From Heptranchias perlo (lineage: Eukaryota), in NCBI RefSeq assembly GCF_035084215.1, contig NC_090335.1, positions 7,998,001 through 8,062,000 on the forward strand: a stretch of 64,000 bases of DNA. The letters are read 5' to 3'. The position numbers and the translations under genes are program-made. The notes under the pieces were generated by a model. The model made no database searches, had not been told where the DNA came from, and saw only the letters and a program-made list of their open reading frames with translations. Positions 60,160 through 64,000 of the stretch are shown one piece after another (within the stretch, counting starts at the first letter, position 1; every line of letters starts with the position of its first letter).

Positions 60160-60408
60160 TACCCCGGATGGGACTTGAAACCACAATCCATGGCTTAGGA
60201 GAACATAAGAAATAGGATAAGGAGTAGGCTATACGGCCCTCGAGCCTCCGCCGCCATTCAGTAAGATCATGGCTGATATTTGACCTCACCTCCACTTTCC
60301 TGCCCAAGATCTCTTGAATCACTTGGAGTCCAAAAATCAATCAATCTCAGTCTTGAATATATTATGAGATGCTATCGGAGGCTCGTGCCTTATCCATTAG
60401 GCCACTGG
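60160..60408 (-). pseudogene. tRNA-Arg(CCT) disrupted by two insertions
   Basis: 3' half 60160-60201 and 5' half 60377-60408 flank a CR1 tail; the 5' end is cut by a solo LTR. Confidence 0.85.
60202..60376 (-). mobile_element. CR1 3' tail inserted in the tRNA anticodon loop
   Basis: AACATAAGAAATAGG..GGAGTAGGCTATACGGCCC; GGAG duplicated at 60198 and 60377. Confidence 0.85.
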
Positions 60409-61211
60409 TGTAAGAATCCCCGTCGGAGGCCACGAAAATGATATAGCCTGGGCCTCACAGCAGAGAACCTTGGGGAGTCTCTACAATCTAGGAAAGTCTA
60501 TCACGAATCAATTGGTAACAGTTGAGTACTTTATTTGGAATAAGACAGAGTCAAGTACACGCAGAGTATGTCAAAGCGATTTATTCTGAACAACAAAGGC
60601 AAACCTCACCAGAGTGGTGTTTCGGGCAGAGTTGTATTCTGGCTCCAGCTGTTGCACGTTAGTCAACAGTGGGCCTTGGGATGGTGATGTTCACATACCC
60701 GTGGGTTACCTCCTTCTAAATTGGAGACCTTTAACCTCTCTTTATTCAACTTTGTTGCAGACCCTACAGTTTTCGTACGGCTGCAAAGCATGTAGCCATT
60801 ACTGTTTCCAGACATGGGCCTCTGTCTTGTCAAGGCCGGCTGGCAGCTGCTCGCCCTTCCTATCTCTGTTATCTCTGTACTGGGGACGACTGCCTGTCAT
60901 CTTCCCAGACTGACACAGAGAAACATTATGCTAATGAATGCTTTACAGAGGTTTCCGAAAGCACGTGCAACTATATTAATGATTATATGTTTCAGGCTAC
61001 TAAAAGCTATCATGATTAAATGTAAAACACAAATTTAAAACACACAGTTTGTTTGACTAAACTAGCTCCATAATTGTTTGGTTAACATACTAAATAGATG
61101 TACTAAATGAATCATTCGGTTAAATGTTTGTGGGTAAAAAAAAAACATACAAACAAGGTTAACTATGATTGATCATAAGTAAATGAAGTATAAACATATC
61201 ATTTCCCTTCA
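60409..61211 (-). mobile_element. Solo LTR (803 bp), unrelated to the array's LTR
   Basis: TG...CA ends (minus strand TGAAGGGAAA...GGGGATTCTTACA); AATAAA on the minus strand at about 60530; probable 4-bp TSD CTGG/CTGT; absent from paralogous units. Confidence 0.75.
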
Positions 61212-61332
61212 CTGTGACCACATGACTGTGTCAGAAGATTTCATACACTTGGTCATTGCTCGACCCTCTCACTAAATTCTACCTGTCCTTCTAGCCACTC
61301 ACCTCATTTTCATCAACAGATCAGGTGTGCTA

Positions 61333-61786
61333 TCAGCTGTGGCTCAGTTGGTCATACTCTTGCCTGAGTCAGAAGGTTGTGGGTTCATCGTCCAACTCCA
61401 GAGATATGAATGCCAAATCCAGGCTGGTGCTTCCACTATAGCACTGAGGGAATACTGTTCTGTTGGAGTTCCTGTCTTGCAGATGAGACATCAAACTAAC
61501 ACTCCATTTGCCCTCTCAGATGTATGTAAACCAGCCCAGGCACTATTTTGAAGAGGAGCAGACGACTTGTCCTCAGTGTCCCGAGCCAATATTTATCCCT
61601 CAACCAACACCGCTGAAAAAAAGAGATGATCTGGTCATTATCACATTGCTGTTTGTGGGACCTTGCTGTGTGCAAATTGGCTGTCATGTTTCCTAGATTA
61701 CAACAGTAACTACACGTTAAAACTACTTCATTGATTGTAAAGTGCATTGGGATGTCTTAAGGTTTTGAAAGGCACGATATAGTCTT
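61333..61786 (+). mobile_element. Deu-domain SINE (SacSINE1-like), near full length
   Basis: tRNA-like head TCAGCTGTGGCTCAGTTGG..GTGGGTTCA; core GCTGTTTGTGGGACCTTGCTGTGTGCAAATTGGCTG. Confidence 0.82.
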
Positions 61787-62690
61787 TATCTAATTCCCCT
61801 TACTTCCATGCAGTTGATTGATAGTTGTTCTCAGCACATTTGATTTCCTGAAGCCCCATGCTAAATGATACATTTAAATGTCATTGCCTATCATTAGGAA
61901 GCAGGTTTACAAATCTTTCCTTCAGCATGATGCCCTTCAATTTGACAAGCACCGCTATGTTGATTAGGCTTCTATTGCTGGATATAAGCTCTGAATTATA
62001 ATGGACCTTGATATTTGATAACAACTGTGAGAGCGCTTGAGAATCCATCAGAGATTCGCGAGTGTTCGTAAGGGTTCAAAAGCACAAGGCAATGATGCAA
62101 ATCATCGTCAAATACACCATTATGTTACTTCGACACCATGAAGGTGAAGGCATTCAATGCCGGAGTGTGCAAGGTGGGTCTCAAGAAATCTGTGTGATTG
62201 AAGCTTGATTATCGTCAATCTGCTTACTGTATCTGTTCACTACCTCCCGTGGCTGAGAGGAGCTAACCTCAGCTCACAGCAGGTATTGAGCCTGGCAACT
62301 GCCTGGTCTGTGCAGCTCAGTACCCCAGCACACTGTGCATTTGCCTGCTGAGTATTTTTGTAATGTGGTAGCTCAGACAGCATTTGAAGCTAGAATTTTC
62401 CAGGTTGGAGGAAGAATGTGCTCTGTATTTGGCCACTGAATCTGATAACATGAATCGTACATGTAATGTAATTGGGTGTCGACATTTCAAAGTAGCAACT
62501 GTGCCTGGGGTGTTGGGTAAAATGAAGGCAGCTTTAATGGAGCAGAATTTGGCTGGAAAGTGCAGGTGACATTGTTCCCTTAGTGTTGGGATGGTGCACA
62601 GCTTGGTGGAAACGTTGCATTTGTTTGTGCCACTGGAATGCAAGCAACAGAGTGAGAAGGGTGCCAAACAGGAACTGCCTAGATTGGTTG

Positions 62691-64000
62691 TGTAAGGACA
62701 TGGTTTGAAACAAGCATAGACAAGAATAGCATCAAGCATTGTAGCAAGAGGGTGGATGTTAAAGGGGGGACAAAGTTCAGCAGCTTTATGAGAAAGATAA
62801 AATACAGAATCCCAAGAGGTCATTGAAAGAATGCTGAGGCATTAGAGTGATCAAAACAACCAAAGTCAGGAGACAATTTGCATCAGATACTTGCTAAGAA
62901 ACCACATACTCTAAAACCTGATAACAGTGAAAGACTACATAAACAGTAGACATGATGGGGCCATGCAACACCATGAGTGAATCCACACTAACCACTATCA
63001 GATGTTTATACAACAGAGGTAAGGGATGAGACAGCTATGGATCATGTTTGGGTGTTTTCACAGAGTCAGAACAGTGGGATAATTTACAACCAGGAGATAA
63101 GGACAAAGATGATTACATGCAGAACAATGCAGCCGCATAGTGTAATGATGGGGTATGCTCCCTCCCAAGAGTTAGCATTCTCATGAAGACGGTTGGAAGT
63201 CCATTGCCTAGGCAATCCACAGAGGTCAGATTTGTTCAATTTTCAGTCCAGGGAAGTAAATTCAGGTGTATTGATTTCTTGTCATTTAATGTAATCTGAA
63301 GACAGTTGTAGTATAACTATAATACAGTGTGAATCAATCTATTAAAGCTTATTATTTTATAACCACGCAGGCTTGTATCATGCGGCAGTTATTGTTAAAT
63401 GATTAACAACCCATTGAAGCGACAGTAACGGGAAAATCCGTTAACCAATGGTGTCCCTGGATGGGCCAGAATTTTAAATGTTTAAAGTAGCTTTTGTTAA
63501 GAGATTGACTGTGTCATTTAGACGAGCTGGGAAGGAGGAATAAATAGTTGGAAGCCCAGGAAAAGTAGGCAAACTCTGTTGCCCGTGAGATGAGATGGGG
63601 AGGAGGAATAGGTGCTTGTGACCGAGAGGGCTGAAGGTAGCCACCCCTCAAACCGAAAGAGAATAAACCATGGCGAGTGCACCGGATGGTTTATGTTCGA
63701 CAATCGACACAGATGTGGAAAAGTCATTCAGGTCATGCATGCCGTGGCAAAAAGAGGAAAGGAATTGTGCAGGAGGACGAGGAGTTAAAATGAGTCCATT
63801 CCCAGCAGAGAGAGGCTGTAAAGGAATTATGTAAAAATCTGATGCAAAGTATATCCTGGAGAACATAGGAACTTGTACAGTATTAGTTAAAATCTGTCAG
63901 ACTTTGTGTGAGGCGGAGACTAAGATGAAGAAACTGGTAAAGGTGAAGAAAATTAAAGAGCAGAATTGGAAAGCGGGAGTCTTGTTGTTTCATCCACAAG
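62691..64000 (+). mobile_element. ERV relic copy g (LTR 62691-63446, PBS 63449-63466, gag-like), cut by the window end
   Basis: Same LTR start TGTAAGGACATGG; PBS TGGTGTCCCTGGATGGGC. Confidence 0.8.

Overview
This is eukaryotic, repeat-dense vertebrate DNA. The CR1 tails, Deu-domain SacSINE1-like SINEs and Penelope pLTR all point to a cartilaginous fish (inferred). The only host-coding signal is a death-domain exon near 2.9 kb. From about 7.1 kb to the window end lies a degenerate tandem array built from three modules. Module 1 is a minus-strand tRNA-Arg doublet with about 22 copies in total; those at 42538 (CCT) and 10315 (CCG) look intact and most others are pseudogenes. Module 2 is an unexplained ~0.65 kb block. 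Module 3 is seven copies of a decayed endogenous retrovirus relic that the ORF track misses: ~750 bp LTR, tRNA-Asn primer-binding site, gag-like ORF, then frameshifted PR/RT/tether/RNase H motifs, always truncated in RNase H and fused to the tRNA module. Younger insertions riddle the array: several CR1 LINEs, two non-autonomous Harbinger elements in opposite orientation, a hAT element, a solo LTR, and a palindromic Penelope insertion with minimal hammerhead-ribozyme motifs. All family assignments come from motif recognition by eye; no database search was run.
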